Source: Flavobacteriaceae bacterium (GTDB lineage Bacteria > Bacteroidota > Bacteroidia > Flavobacteriales > Flavobacteriaceae). From it: a stretch of DNA of 64,000 bases. The position numbers and the translations under genes were made by a program. A model generated the notes under the pieces. The model searched no databases. It was given only the letters and a program-made list of their open reading frames with translations, and was not told the DNA's origin. The stretch is from the NCBI GenBank assembly GCA_024635765.1, contig JAGXIE010000148.1:4074-68073 (forward strand), read 5' to 3'. Positions 30,323-41,032 of this stretch are shown in pieces. The stretch's first letter is position 1, and each line of letters starts with the position of its first letter.

Positions 30323-32629
30323 CTAATCCAATTGAGATACAAATCTTGTTACTTTACTATTATACGCGCAGACCGCATGAACGTTCTTTTTAGTGCCGTC
30401 CCTTGTACCGCTCTTGTTTGCGCTCCAAGCCGCACTCGGATATGTGATTGCAAAGTTGCCTGTCTCGAAAATCAATAGTTCCTTTTCAAAACCAGCTGGA
30501 GGTAGATTGCTCTCTGTCAATGTAACCGCTCCTGTAACGGTAAGGTCGTATGCTCCTTTTGACCAATCAATATTGTACGTTCCAGATATTGAGGCTGTAA
30601 CAATTTCATCATTCTTTCCCCTGTAAAGCGTATCAAAATAAGTTTTGAGGGTTGCTTTGATATTTGCCCATGACAATTTTTTGGTAATAAAACTCGCTGC
30701 ACTGTCTAAAATTCCGAACAAATCCGCATCAACTGGAGTTGTTTTAGCATCGGAAGCATTCACTTCAGAACTGAAAGAAACATCTGTATAATCTTCATGA
30801 AACCAATTGCCTGCATATACACTTGTAGAAGCATTGTCTACTATCGCTGTGATTCTGTCTTTTAAACCAAATACAACTCCATCAACAGTCCCTGCTACAC
30901 TTATCAAATAAGTATATCCTGCTTGAGCTGTTCCACCTCCAGGGAATGTACCTGATGAAGCATCCCAAGTTCCTGCTAAAACTAAAGCGCTATCTAAACC
31001 ATTTAATTTATCGCGCTCAACAGAAGTAAATACCTTTTTAGTCGCGGTCTCAACCATGTTATCCATGCTGAAAGCGTCGGTGTTTTTGTTGGTTGGATCG
31101 TAAACTGATTTTAGTTGGTATAAGGAGAGGTCGATGTCAGCGCCCACTAAATCCAGATCAAACCAGACTTCCATAACATCAGTGGCTGCAAAAACACCTC
31201 CTGTTAGATTAGTGCCAAAACTTACTATAAAATAGTTGTTCGAAGGATTGCTATATACCATCGATGTTACTTTGGCACAATAGAATTTATTGCCTGATGC
31301 CGTTTTATTGAACGCTTTTATATAAATATCCTTACCAGCATCCAAAAGGGTTTTATAGCCTGCAATGTACTTTGTGAAACTTCTGTCAAACAACATGGCT
31401 ATTATATCGCCCGCTCCAGTCTGTACGTTTGCCCTACCATTTGGAACTGTTGAAGGTATAGAATCAGCCACGTTAAGGACAATAAACTGTCTGTAAGATG
31501 ATGATGTGACTACCACAGCTGCTTCGGTAGGATTTAACAGCGTGTAATCTGATAAACTCGCTGTGGCAATTCCCTTATACCTATAAAAAGCGTATGTAAT
31601 ACCATCAATCGATACATAGTTTGGGTCTGCGGTCGCATCGGCAACAAACTGTAAAAAGTTCTCCGTTTGTTCTACCTGAAGAGCCAACATATCTGCTATA
31701 TCAGTATAGTCATTCTCCACTGGTGATGATGATAGATCGATGTCTTGGCCTGCTACATCGATATCAACATAGACCTCCAAATAATCACCAATAGAAACTT
31801 CTAAAGTTGTGATCCCAGGGTTTATATCAACTATATAATAGGTGTCAGAACCGTCGCTGAATGAAAAATCGAGAACGCTTGCGATTAACGTATTGGGCTG
31901 TGTTTTGTTTGCGATCGCAAAGTATAAAGGGGTGTTTGCTGCAAATATTTCAGCATATCTTTTTAGGTAATTAGTGAATGTCGCATCAAACAGTATCCCG
32001 GTTATATTGGTGCCTACATCTCTTTTTAATACAACCTGTCCAATGGTTGATGCCGTAGGCAAAGTTTCTGTAATATCCTTTACTTCAAATGTTCTGTACG
32101 AAGGTGGGTTCAATATAGTTACCAATTCTGAATCGGTAAGTCTTATGTAATCTGCAAGTGTTCCGACAGTCGTTCCAATATATAAATAAACGGCCCGCCC
32201 AGAATCAACTTCTGGATCATCGGACGCATCGGTGACTTCTTGTAAGAATCCTGCGGTCTGGTTGGCTTGATCGTCTAGCAGCTGACCAACGCTGTTGATG
32301 TCATCATAGACGTGTTCCCTTGGATTGGAATTGGAACCGCCAGTGTTTGTAATTATAAAATAACTTACAAGAAGGCTGATGTTACCGCCCAAATAGATGG
32401 CATTGAAAACAAAAGTGTTCTCAATAACTCCAGTAACACGGTCACCGATCTCCTGTTCAATCGATAGGTTTCCTTCCTTTTTGAGCACCTTGAGTCTGCC
32501 CGGCTCCTGAACATCCATACGTTTGGTCATCCACGTAAGCAAAGTCCTCACATTAGAGGACTTTACATTAAATGGGATTCCAGTCCGGATCCAGGAGATA
32601 ATATTAGATAATATCTCTTGTATCGTCAT
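30323..32629 (-). CDS. Tail fibre/spike protein with internal ~200-aa duplication
   Basis: ERDKLNGL, GTWDAS, KTTPVDAD and KKLSWANIKATLKTYFD fibre-type motifs; two repeats containing FLQxVxDAxxDP...SYRxF...DIDLS. Confidence 0.75.
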   Translation of the reverse strand: MTIQEILSNIISWIRTGIPFNVKSSNVRTLLTWMTKRMDVQEPGRLKVLKKEGNLSIEQEIGDRVTGVIENTFVFNAIYLGGNISLLVSYFIITNTGGSNSNPREHVYDDINSVGQLLDDQANQTAGFLQEVTDASDDPEVDSGRAVYLYIGTTVGTLADYIRLTDSELVTILNPPSYRTFEVKDITETLPTASTIGQVVLKRDVGTNITGILFDATFTNYLKRYAEIFAANTPLYFAIANKTQPNTLIASVLDFSFSDGSDTYYIVDINPGITTLEVSIGDYLEVYVDIDVAGQDIDLSSSPVENDYTDIADMLALQVEQTENFLQFVADATADPNYVSIDGITYAFYRYKGIATASLSDYTLLNPTEAAVVVTSSSYRQFIVLNVADSIPSTVPNGRANVQTGAGDIIAMLFDRSFTKYIAGYKTLLDAGKDIYIKAFNKTASGNKFYCAKVTSMVYSNPSNNYFIVSFGTNLTGGVFAATDVMEVWFDLDLVGADIDLSLYQLKSVYDPTNKNTDAFSMDNMVETATKKVFTSVERDKLNGLDSALVLAGTWDASSGTFPGGGTAQAGYTYLISVAGTVDGVVFGLKDRITAIVDNASTSVYAGNWFHEDYTDVSFSSEVNASDAKTTPVDADLFGILDSAASFITKKLSWANIKATLKTYFDTLYRGKNDEIVTASISGTYNIDWSKGAYDLTVTGAVTLTESNLPPAGFEKELLIFETGNFAITYPSAAWSANKSGTRDGTKKNVHAVCAYNSKVTRFVSQLD

Positions 32630-32641
32630 CGGTAGTTTGGA

Positions 32642-33244
32642 TTAGAAGTTCACTTCTCCAGCTAATGGGAAGTTTGCTCTTGGTGGATCAACTTTGTCCT
32701 TCCAGCTGACGGTACCGATATATTTCTCGATTTCACCATCACCTCTGGCTTGGATAAGATTCAAAACCATTTGAGCCTTCATTCCGCAAATACCTCCATA
32801 GACCAATCCGGCACGTGTAACATACCACAGTTTGTAAGTGGCGTTACAGGCGGTAGACCTTGCAAATTCATAATTGACTGCATTGGTCTCATCGATCTCC
32901 AAGTTTAGCGTATGCGTTTTTCCGGTTTGCAGATTTCGGCCACCAGATACCAATCTATTTTGGATCTCTGGAGCTGGCTTGTCACCAATGACTCGTATCA
33001 TACGAATCGTATCGTCTGGAACTGGTGGTACTTCGGCTGCGGTCTGTGTGATACGCGTGGTCCACTCGGTAGCATCCTCGACATCAGCAAAGTCAGCCCC
33101 GTCAGATTTAGCTACTGCTATCCACTCAATCTCCGATTCGTTGATCTCGGGGGAGCAATCGTCAAAATTTACCGATGGCAAATTCTGCCCTTCGCAGTTA
33201 ACGGGACATAGTACGTCCGTATCGTTGCATTGTACATTTGGCAT
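32642..33244 (-). CDS. Probable tail tube (major tail) protein
   Basis: 200 aa, acidic and beta-rich; has its own promoter; no other tube candidate in the window. Confidence 0.55.
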   Translation of the reverse strand: MPNVQCNDTDVLCPVNCEGQNLPSVNFDDCSPEINESEIEWIAVAKSDGADFADVEDATEWTTRITQTAAEVPPVPDDTIRMIRVIGDKPAPEIQNRLVSGGRNLQTGKTHTLNLEIDETNAVNYEFARSTACNATYKLWYVTRAGLVYGGICGMKAQMVLNLIQARGDGEIEKYIGTVSWKDKVDPPRANFPLAGEVNF

Positions 33245-33385
33245 AATAATTCGTTTTAGAAATTAAACATTCTGATTATTATGACTTTTGGCGAGGTGTC
33301 ATTACCTCCAGTTATCCGTTAAGAAGTGGATAAATCTCCTATGAAGAAATCCTTTAAGTGGATCAGACTTTAATCATACACAAGA

Positions 33386-33415
33386 CAAATATATAAAAAA
33401 GAAACTATTAGTTTC
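33386..33415 (-). promoter_or_regulatory. Phage late-promoter motif copy 1
   Basis: GAAACTAATAGTTTC palindrome + T-tract + TATATTTG (-7 box) on the minus strand. Confidence 0.7.
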
Positions 33416-33420
33416 GTTTT

Positions 33421-34719
33421 TTATGCTTCAGAAAATTCAATTAGATCAAAACCTATCGGTGGAATGTTCACCAAAGTAAAAGTTATCTGGTTTATTATAT
33501 CCCCAATATAAGCGAAATCACCCAATGACATGTCTACTTTTTGCCATGTCCCGAAAACTCCAATGTCATATCCAAAGGTCAATGCGTTTGTTGTGTTGAG
33601 CGTAAGTATTGGCGAATTACCACCCCCAGAAATACTTACAGCAATATATGAGCTCGACGCCCAAGGCACATCATGTTTCATCCAGAATGATAGGCCTGAA
33701 GTTTCAGAATAAGCAAATCCAATGATCGATTGGAATACCATATAGCTGGATGACTGAAATACGCTTGGATGCTGTATAAATTTAACACCACTGTGTGCTC
33801 CAGATTCAGGGAAAGTGCACCCTGCCAAATATCCCGCTAAATTCCACTCGTCTTCCTCTTGATCGTCGAAAACCAAAAGCGTAGGAAGCATTTCAATGAT
33901 ATCATCCTCGCACGCTGTTTTTATGATGGTCTCCTTTGTGAAGTTGAAATCCACCAATGAGAAACATCCATCGTTTTCCGGGGTTACTTTTAATATTATA
34001 GTCTTAATATTCTCATCATAACCTTCATTGATCTCTCCAATGGACTTATTGACTATATTGTATCTGTCATGTAATGGAATGGCAGAAAGTGCCTGTGCGA
34101 CGAAATTTGGTGCCATAAATGAGAAGTTGAACGACTGTTTAAGCACCTGAAGCGTTGCAACTTCATTCCCATAGCCATCCTCTTCGGTTTGCTCCTCGAT
34201 CTCTGGCTGGTTAGGAATAATTATAGCATCAATATTCACAATGTTGGATACATTGCCGTTATAGATCAGGTTTCCAACCTTACCCTTTTCCAAAGACCAT
34301 TCAATATGGATCATGTCGCTTGATTGTACCTTTAGGCAAATGATCTCCGAATAATATCTACCAAAACCAGTGACCACAGAAATATAATATTTATTTCCTG
34401 CTATTCCAGGAGCGAAATCGATAGATATGATAAGGAACTTTTTTCCATTGGAGTCCACCAAGATGGTTCTGTCAAGATCAGCAACTAAAATTGTATTGTC
34501 TGAAACAAATCGTAGATCAACTTCAGTTACCTCATTAGGATTGGTTATGGAATCAGACAATGGAAATTGGAACGTATGCGCTCCAGGGAATAAAATGTGA
34601 TCGTAACAACAATTCTGTTTGCAGTTGTTCACAAACCAGAACGGCTTTGTGTTGGTCCATACCGTACCTTCCAATTTATAAAATGGAAATGGATTTTTGT
34701 CTTTGTTATAGAAGCTCAT
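33421..34719 (-). CDS. Tail tip/baseplate-type protein
   Basis: Position after the tape measure and hub genes; C-terminal carbohydrate-binding-like region. Confidence 0.55.
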   Translation of the reverse strand: MSFYNKDKNPFPFYKLEGTVWTNTKPFWFVNNCKQNCCYDHILFPGAHTFQFPLSDSITNPNEVTEVDLRFVSDNTILVADLDRTILVDSNGKKFLIISIDFAPGIAGNKYYISVVTGFGRYYSEIICLKVQSSDMIHIEWSLEKGKVGNLIYNGNVSNIVNIDAIIIPNQPEIEEQTEEDGYGNEVATLQVLKQSFNFSFMAPNFVAQALSAIPLHDRYNIVNKSIGEINEGYDENIKTIILKVTPENDGCFSLVDFNFTKETIIKTACEDDIIEMLPTLLVFDDQEEDEWNLAGYLAGCTFPESGAHSGVKFIQHPSVFQSSSYMVFQSIIGFAYSETSGLSFWMKHDVPWASSSYIAVSISGGGNSPILTLNTTNALTFGYDIGVFGTWQKVDMSLGDFAYIGDIINQITFTLVNIPPIGFDLIEFSEA

Positions 34720-34732
34720 AATTTTTTATTTA

Positions 34733-36493
34733 TTAATCAAAATCTTCACTGTGATCACCATCGAAATCACCATAAATCTGGTCAAAATTGGATTCGTCAA
34801 TTTTGTCAAGCAGCAGATCAAAATTCATTGAACACTGGGATAGCTTCAACTCTGCTGTTTGAACAAATCCCCATCCAAGTGTTGCTCGAATCTTGTCCAA
34901 TGGATTGAAAACCTTAAGATAATTGCAGCCCATAATAATGTTGAACTGGTCCTGTTTGATCGTTGGAACTGTTGTAATAAAATCAGTGGCAACATCATTC
35001 ATCAATCCCGTTTTTAGAACACGTCCGTGTTTCCAAAAATCCCTATGAAGATGAGCCCAGCTCAAAACATTGTTGATAGTGGTATTGGCCTCAAGAATTC
35101 CAGGTTCATAATAGACGTTGTAATCTGGATCACATGCCACAATCACAAAACCATCATCACTAACATCACCTTGACTTGATGGATTTTCCAAACAGTACAT
35201 CACATCGGTTGTGATCTTATCAACCGACACTGTTTTTTTGTTCTCCGGAGAATTGTTAACACAATTCGATTCATAGACAATGTCGGTACCAACAAAATCA
35301 GCAGAACCCGATTCCATCATTTCAAATTTCTCGTACTTCGGAAGCTTTGTTTCGTCGTAAGAATATTTCTTGGTGCCCTGAAGCTGTTTCTTTTTGTCAA
35401 TGGACAAGAGATTTATTCCCAGATCGGTCTCAAACCAACTTATATGTTCTAGCCTGAAAACAGTGTCATCAATTCGATATCCACAGTTTAATAAGTTCAG
35501 AACTTGTTCAATAAGATCCTTATAATTAATTTCTCCTTTTGTCGCATTTCCAGAAACAGCCGGACGCTTAACATCTGATTTCTGGAATATGATCAGGTTT
35601 CTCAATTTGTTCAACTCTCCAGTAACATAGTTGATCGATGAAACGTTATCGGGATTCCACTGAAGGAAATCTGAAACTATAGTCAGACCAGATCCGAAAC
35701 ATGCTTTGTCCAAAAGCGTTTGCATGACCTGATGAAGTTTTCGTCCGTTGTCTATTGAAACTATTGGCTCATTGTACGGACTAGCATCACTTCCGCTTCT
35801 AACAACATCAATAATGAATGGGTTGCTTTCTACATCAAAAAGCTTGGCGTATTTCTTTACGCCTCCAGAACAGCTTTCTACCTCCGTCCATCCAATTGGT
35901 GCGATAAAACTACATGGACATGTAAGGGTATGTCGAACATAATAACGATCGTATATGGATCCAGTTCCTGTATATTGGTTCAAAGCCAATGACCATAAGC
36001 CATTGTCTAAAAAAGTTTGGTTGCATATCGGACTGAAACCTCCTGAAAAGCAATTGTAAAACTCTATCCTAAAAGTCACGCCTAAATTAACTGTCCTAGG
36101 AAGTACGAAATCTAGAATGTTATGATCATCGTCATTCTCCTCAATGCACTCATAAGGATCAATCGCATCAACCTTGAACTTTACTTTGCACTGATCCAGA
36201 TCCCAGGTTCCAGAACTCATTGTGAAGTTACCAGTGAACAATGTGAACTCATCATTGATCGCACACTCCATTAGGACTCTCAAGGTCTGAAGATCGCACC
36301 GATCATCGGTGAGCTCCAGTTCACGGAAAACTTTATAGTCGTCCTTCACCAAAGTGATCTCCTTTAGCTCCTTTTTATAATCGTACTTTCGGTCGTCCTC
36401 TTTGTTCCATGTCAATTTCTGGTCTTTACCTGAATAAGGTGTGACTTCAATATCTGGGTTTCCAAAACTGGATATACGATAGATTATTCTCAT
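34733..36493 (-). CDS. Tail hub/tip protein
   Basis: 586 aa, immediately downstream of the tape measure gene (ATGA overlap). Confidence 0.6.
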   Translation of the reverse strand: MRIIYRISSFGNPDIEVTPYSGKDQKLTWNKEDDRKYDYKKELKEITLVKDDYKVFRELELTDDRCDLQTLRVLMECAINDEFTLFTGNFTMSSGTWDLDQCKVKFKVDAIDPYECIEENDDDHNILDFVLPRTVNLGVTFRIEFYNCFSGGFSPICNQTFLDNGLWSLALNQYTGTGSIYDRYYVRHTLTCPCSFIAPIGWTEVESCSGGVKKYAKLFDVESNPFIIDVVRSGSDASPYNEPIVSIDNGRKLHQVMQTLLDKACFGSGLTIVSDFLQWNPDNVSSINYVTGELNKLRNLIIFQKSDVKRPAVSGNATKGEINYKDLIEQVLNLLNCGYRIDDTVFRLEHISWFETDLGINLLSIDKKKQLQGTKKYSYDETKLPKYEKFEMMESGSADFVGTDIVYESNCVNNSPENKKTVSVDKITTDVMYCLENPSSQGDVSDDGFVIVACDPDYNVYYEPGILEANTTINNVLSWAHLHRDFWKHGRVLKTGLMNDVATDFITTVPTIKQDQFNIIMGCNYLKVFNPLDKIRATLGWGFVQTAELKLSQCSMNFDLLLDKIDESNFDQIYGDFDGDHSEDFD

Positions 36494-39400
36494 TTGTTCT
36501 TTGGATATTTTTTGGTCACATTTCCTTTTTTCACATAGAAAAACTCTGGAGTTTGCCAGCTGTCGGTTTCATTGTCACGCTCCTTTTTATAACCGTCGAA
36601 TTCCTTCTCAAAATTATTATTCAGTTTTTTCAACTGATTGAGCATTTCGTCAGAATCTTTAGAAGAGTTCTCCTTTGATCTTTGAGCCTTAACCGTGATT
36701 TCATTCACATGTCTGACGACCTTAATAGTTTGTTCTCCAGTTTTTTTGATACCATAATAACCTTCAAGTGTGGAATCAATGCTTCCCCGACCTTGAGCAT
36801 CGGCAATAAGAGCATCCAGAACATGCTTGTATTTTCTTTTCTGAAGGGAATTCACAACCAATACATCCTCACCATCCTCAAACTCTGCCACTCTTTCTCC
36901 GGTCTTGGAGTTATAAAGTCCGAATCCTCTTTCCTCATGCCTTGGACCTTTTAGCGATAGAGGTCCTTCCTGCAAGCCTTTTCTAAAATTCTGACCTTGG
37001 CCAATCGCTTGAAATGCTTTTGTTTTTGCAATTGCAAACGCTCCGAACATCGTGCCGATTAAACCTATTGCCAACGGAACTCCAATGAATGGAATTTTTG
37101 AAGCCCATTTAAAGATATTGGAAGCTGCTGTGATCAAGTTGCCAAGCTGGGAAACTGTGTCGATTAGAAGTTCGGCCTTTGCCAATGCAGCCTTCCTTTT
37201 TTGTGCTTTCTTGAGCTCCTCTTCTTCTTGGCGCTTTTGCTCCTTAAGGTTTTCAAGATCTTCCTTTCTCGCCTCGTAATTGTTGGCATAACCATCTTCA
37301 TAAAGTTGCTTCTCCCTTTCAATTTCCTGCTCGATATCATCGATACTTTGCTGAAATGAATCTACCTTGTTTCGGTGCTCTTCAATCTCTGCGTCGAATA
37401 TGGTGACCAAAGAATCGAATGTGGATTGAATCGCTGTTGCTACTCCTTCAGCAAATTCTTGTGCGGCCTTTCCCTGAAGACCTAAAGTACGCGCCAATTG
37501 TAAACTGAAAGACTCCAGAGAAATAGTCCATTTGCTGAAATCATCAATCAGCTTTTCAAAAGTTGTTTTCTCACCAATATCATCAATCCCTTGAGAAACT
37601 TCGCGAAGTGCGCTGACTGTTTTAAGGATTTCATTAGCGGTTTTATCACCAAGAGCTTCCCTCAATTTATTTCCCGCTTCTTCGATTTCGGCAGGATCAA
37701 CGCTGGTTTGCAAAGTTTCAATAAGGCCCTCAAATAAAGATTGATTGTCCAAACCTTTAATACTGTCTCGATAAGCCTTAATGACATTATCAAGATATTG
37801 TTGTTCAAGTCTCAACAATTGCAATTGCTTCAGCTCTTCGTTTTGAATTATGTCCCGGGCATTGGTCTGGTATATTCTTAAGATAGAATCTGCAATTTCC
37901 TTTTGACGGTCAATGCGGTCCAATTCAGTATCACGATCAAAATCAGTTTCCTCTTGACCTTGAGTCACAACCGTATAATTTATGATCGATCTTAATTCTT
38001 GTTTTTGAAGTTCATCATTGGTTAATTTGATTTGCTCTTCAAGTTCCTTACGTATTCCGTCCCATTTCTTGGCAATAGCCTCTCTCTCCAATTGTTCGGA
38101 TGTATCATAAACAGCACCGATGGCTGAAAGCGCATCAAACCTAACTTTCTCCAGTTGCTCATCGTATTTCCTGTCGATCTCTTCAATGGTTTTTCTATAT
38201 TCCTCATAAGCGGTTCCAGTCTCCTCGTTATAGAGTTTATTATATTCCTGGCGAAGTCTCAACTTTGCTTCCTCACTTATTTTTAGATCGTTGATTTGTT
38301 TTAAATATCCTGCCTTTTCCTCATCCAATTGAGATTTCAATATTTGCTTTTCCTTCTCTCTTGAGTTTTCTATAAGATCCAATCTATAGCTTTCCTGACG
38401 TTTGATCAGTGATTCCATTATGGCGCCGAACTTCTCATACTCCTTCAGGATTGCTTTCAGCCTTTCTCCATCTTTAGTAGGATCTCCTCCGAGAGCATTT
38501 AAAGATTCCCTATTATCAAACAAATACTTTTCCATCCATTCTTCAAATTCTACAAATCCGTTTTTAACTTTCTGTAGGTTTTCCTGATTCTGTCTTACAG
38601 CATCGGCTCCAACGGTGCTAACCTGAACCCCTGCAGCCTGTTTGATACCATTGGTGATAAATTGCAATGTAGTGAGCTCCCCTGCGGCCGCTTTTCTTTC
38701 TGCTTCCAAAACCTTTGCGAATTCTTCAGATATCAGCTCTTGTGCCGCTTTCAATTTTGCATTTATAATAAGGGCTTGGTTCAGCTTATTGAATGCCTCC
38801 TCGATATCTTTTGCCGTTGATTTTTCATCACCCAAAGCTTTTAAGTATGTTGGATATTGTTCCAACAATCCCTTTTTGATTTCTTTTTGCCTGTCAAGTG
38901 GTGTATTAACGTTCTGAAGCTCCAACTGCAATGATTTCAATCTTCCGATTTCAGATGTTGCGCCAGTGATCGCAGCTTTATTGATTTTATTCAGTCTTTC
39001 GGTTTCATCACTTGTGATTCCAATAGCTTTTGAAATGTCCTTCCAATAAAAAACTATTGCTGCCAGAGCTCCGACTAACAAACCAATTCCGATCAATTTG
39101 GTAGCTGCTGCAAGTCTTAAAGTGGCTTTTGCACTTGCGTCTGTAGCCAATGCATATTGAGTCCTAACAAAAGTCAATGCCTTTCCTGCCAAAGTTTCTT
39201 TTTTTGTCAACTCCGTCTGGATCTGTTGCAACCCATTCAATAAAGCGATCGCTCCAGTTACCTTAACAAGTGATTTCTGCAAATCTTCATTTTCGTCTCC
39301 AAATAATGCAGCCGCTCCCTGTGCGGCAGTAAACAGTGCAACAATGCCTGTTGCAGCACCTATAAGATTGTCAAGCCCAGCTGTGGACTTTGAAGTTCGG

Positions 39401-40254
39401 TTGATTTCGGCATTGGTGTTTTTGATGGCCTCATTATATTTTGTGGCATCAGCTGTCAGCTCTTGCCATCTTTCGCTTCCGCGATCGCCCGCAAGTTCTA
39501 GTTGTATGAGTTCCTCTTTGACACGTCTGAGCTGTGTCTCCATCGATACACTTTCCTCACGTGATTTTCTCAACTGTGCATTGTAATCCTCCAGAGCAAC
39601 CTTCTCTTCAAGGAGTGCCTTTTTAGCCTCATCACGTTCCTGAATTAGATTAGCCTGTACTTGACCAGGAGCTGTCGATTCGATATCCTTGTCGATATTC
39701 TTGATAAAGGCTTCTGTGCTTTGAATGTTGAGCTTGGTCTCCTCAATTTTCTGTTTAAGGACATCGAAGGAATCTGCTATGTTTACAGATGCAGATGTCA
39801 TTTTGGACTCAAAGAAATCAACCAGAACATTCAGCGCCTCAAAATCATCTTCAACGTTGGCCAGCTTTTTAGAAAGTTGATCAATGTCCTCTGTGGAAAG
39901 CTCGAGCTTATCGAGTTGACCGATGGATCCTGAAACCTTCTTCAGTGTTTCATTGAACTTATCAAGCTCCTTTGAATCGAATGACTCTTTGTTCTTTTTG
40001 TTGAGTGAATCGAACTTCTTTCCAAGTTGATCAATAGCCTTGCCTTCATTGGCAACCTGACTGATATTCTCCTTGATTTTTTTGTTGACTTTGGTATAAG
40101 CAGTTGCAACTTCATCCGCTTGCTTCTGCATAGCAGCGTTGCCTTTCTGGATTTCATTGTTGTGGGTTTTCCAAAGACCACTGAAGTCCTTGAACTCGCT
40201 CTTGGCGTTCTCAAGTTCGAGCGCTACTTTAATTAGTATTTCATCATCGGCCAT
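36490..40254 (-). CDS. Tail tape measure protein
   Basis: 1254 aa coiled coil with hydrophobic Ala/Gly segments; C-terminal GPRHERG motif. Confidence 0.88.
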   Translation of the reverse strand: MADDEILIKVALELENAKSEFKDFSGLWKTHNNEIQKGNAAMQKQADEVATAYTKVNKKIKENISQVANEGKAIDQLGKKFDSLNKKNKESFDSKELDKFNETLKKVSGSIGQLDKLELSTEDIDQLSKKLANVEDDFEALNVLVDFFESKMTSASVNIADSFDVLKQKIEETKLNIQSTEAFIKNIDKDIESTAPGQVQANLIQERDEAKKALLEEKVALEDYNAQLRKSREESVSMETQLRRVKEELIQLELAGDRGSERWQELTADATKYNEAIKNTNAEINRTSKSTAGLDNLIGAATGIVALFTAAQGAAALFGDENEDLQKSLVKVTGAIALLNGLQQIQTELTKKETLAGKALTFVRTQYALATDASAKATLRLAAATKLIGIGLLVGALAAIVFYWKDISKAIGITSDETERLNKINKAAITGATSEIGRLKSLQLELQNVNTPLDRQKEIKKGLLEQYPTYLKALGDEKSTAKDIEEAFNKLNQALIINAKLKAAQELISEEFAKVLEAERKAAAGELTTLQFITNGIKQAAGVQVSTVGADAVRQNQENLQKVKNGFVEFEEWMEKYLFDNRESLNALGGDPTKDGERLKAILKEYEKFGAIMESLIKRQESYRLDLIENSREKEKQILKSQLDEEKAGYLKQINDLKISEEAKLRLRQEYNKLYNEETGTAYEEYRKTIEEIDRKYDEQLEKVRFDALSAIGAVYDTSEQLEREAIAKKWDGIRKELEEQIKLTNDELQKQELRSIINYTVVTQGQEETDFDRDTELDRIDRQKEIADSILRIYQTNARDIIQNEELKQLQLLRLEQQYLDNVIKAYRDSIKGLDNQSLFEGLIETLQTSVDPAEIEEAGNKLREALGDKTANEILKTVSALREVSQGIDDIGEKTTFEKLIDDFSKWTISLESFSLQLARTLGLQGKAAQEFAEGVATAIQSTFDSLVTIFDAEIEEHRNKVDSFQQSIDDIEQEIEREKQLYEDGYANNYEARKEDLENLKEQKRQEEEELKKAQKRKAALAKAELLIDTVSQLGNLITAASNIFKWASKIPFIGVPLAIGLIGTMFGAFAIAKTKAFQAIGQGQNFRKGLQEGPLSLKGPRHEERGFGLYNSKTGERVAEFEDGEDVLVVNSLQKRKYKHVLDALIADAQGRGSIDSTLEGYYGIKKTGEQTIKVVRHVNEITVKAQRSKENSSKDSDEMLNQLKKLNNNFEKEFDGYKKERDNETDSWQTPEFFYVKKGNVTKKYPKNK

Positions 40255-40495
40255 AACGGAAATGTATTAGATTGATTTCCGTAATTGTTGAGCCTCGGAT
40301 TGGCTCCTGTGCAGTAGTTACAAATATATCAAAAAAACGGCATACTCGGATATTTGCTTTCAATTTCAATTCTTTTCTCGTGGCTCTGAAGGAGATTATA
40401 GAACTCAATTTCGTCAACCATTTTAAGGCTTTCGTACTGTGTGATATCGCCCTTGGACATTTGATAGAGAAGATTTGAATAGTCCTTTTCTATCT

Positions 40496-41032
40496 TTATT
40501 TTTTCGATGTCGATGTATTGGGTCCCGCTTTCTTTTCCTTTTTTCCCTCCAAGATAACGTCCATGAACTTGCTGAAGTCTTTTTTCACGCCCGGCAGAAC
40601 AGACAGAACTAACAAAAAAAAACCCGTCATATCCAATCCAGCCTCCTGCCAGTCATTTATTTTAGTCTCGATACGTTCACTGTCAATCGTCCTTCTGTCC
40701 TCACCAACTTGGTTAATGTACAGAGCACAATAACGAAGCACCGGAACGTTCTTAAAATTCAGGTTCTTATCGATCTTGTTGACCAGGTTGTGGATCTTTA
40801 TAGCGGCATCAGCAAACTTCACCGTTTTTTCCTTATTGGAGCCGTTCAGATCATTATAAGCACCTATGAGTTCTTTTTTAATTGTAGAAGTTGACAGCTC
40901 GAACAGTTCAAACTCTAGTTTGGAGGCTTCGATTGCCCTCATTATCGAAAGCCTGTCCTCGATGACATAATTTTTCTCGTTGGCCGTGAACTTAAATCCG
41001 ATCTTTGGTTCTATTGTTCCAAGTACTTCCAT
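40496..41032 (-). CDS. Tail assembly chaperone (gpG-like) with probable -1 frameshift extension to 40329
   Basis: Upstream of the tape measure gene; slippery G GGA AAA / A AAA AAG at 40538-40547; -1 frame open to TGA at 40329. Confidence 0.7.
   Translation of the reverse strand: MEVLGTIEPKIGFKFTANEKNYVIEDRLSIMRAIEASKLEFELFELSTSTIKKELIGAYNDLNGSNKEKTVKFADAAIKIHNLVNKIDKNLNFKNVPVLRYCALYINQVGEDRRTIDSERIETKINDWQEAGLDMTGFFLLVLSVLPGVKKDFSKFMDVILEGKKEKKAGPNTSTSKK

Noticed and set aside
29567-32629. Diversity-generating retroelement or invertase shufflon acting on tail fibres
   Set aside because: No reverse transcriptase, no near-identical TR/VR pair and no inverted fibre segments were seen.
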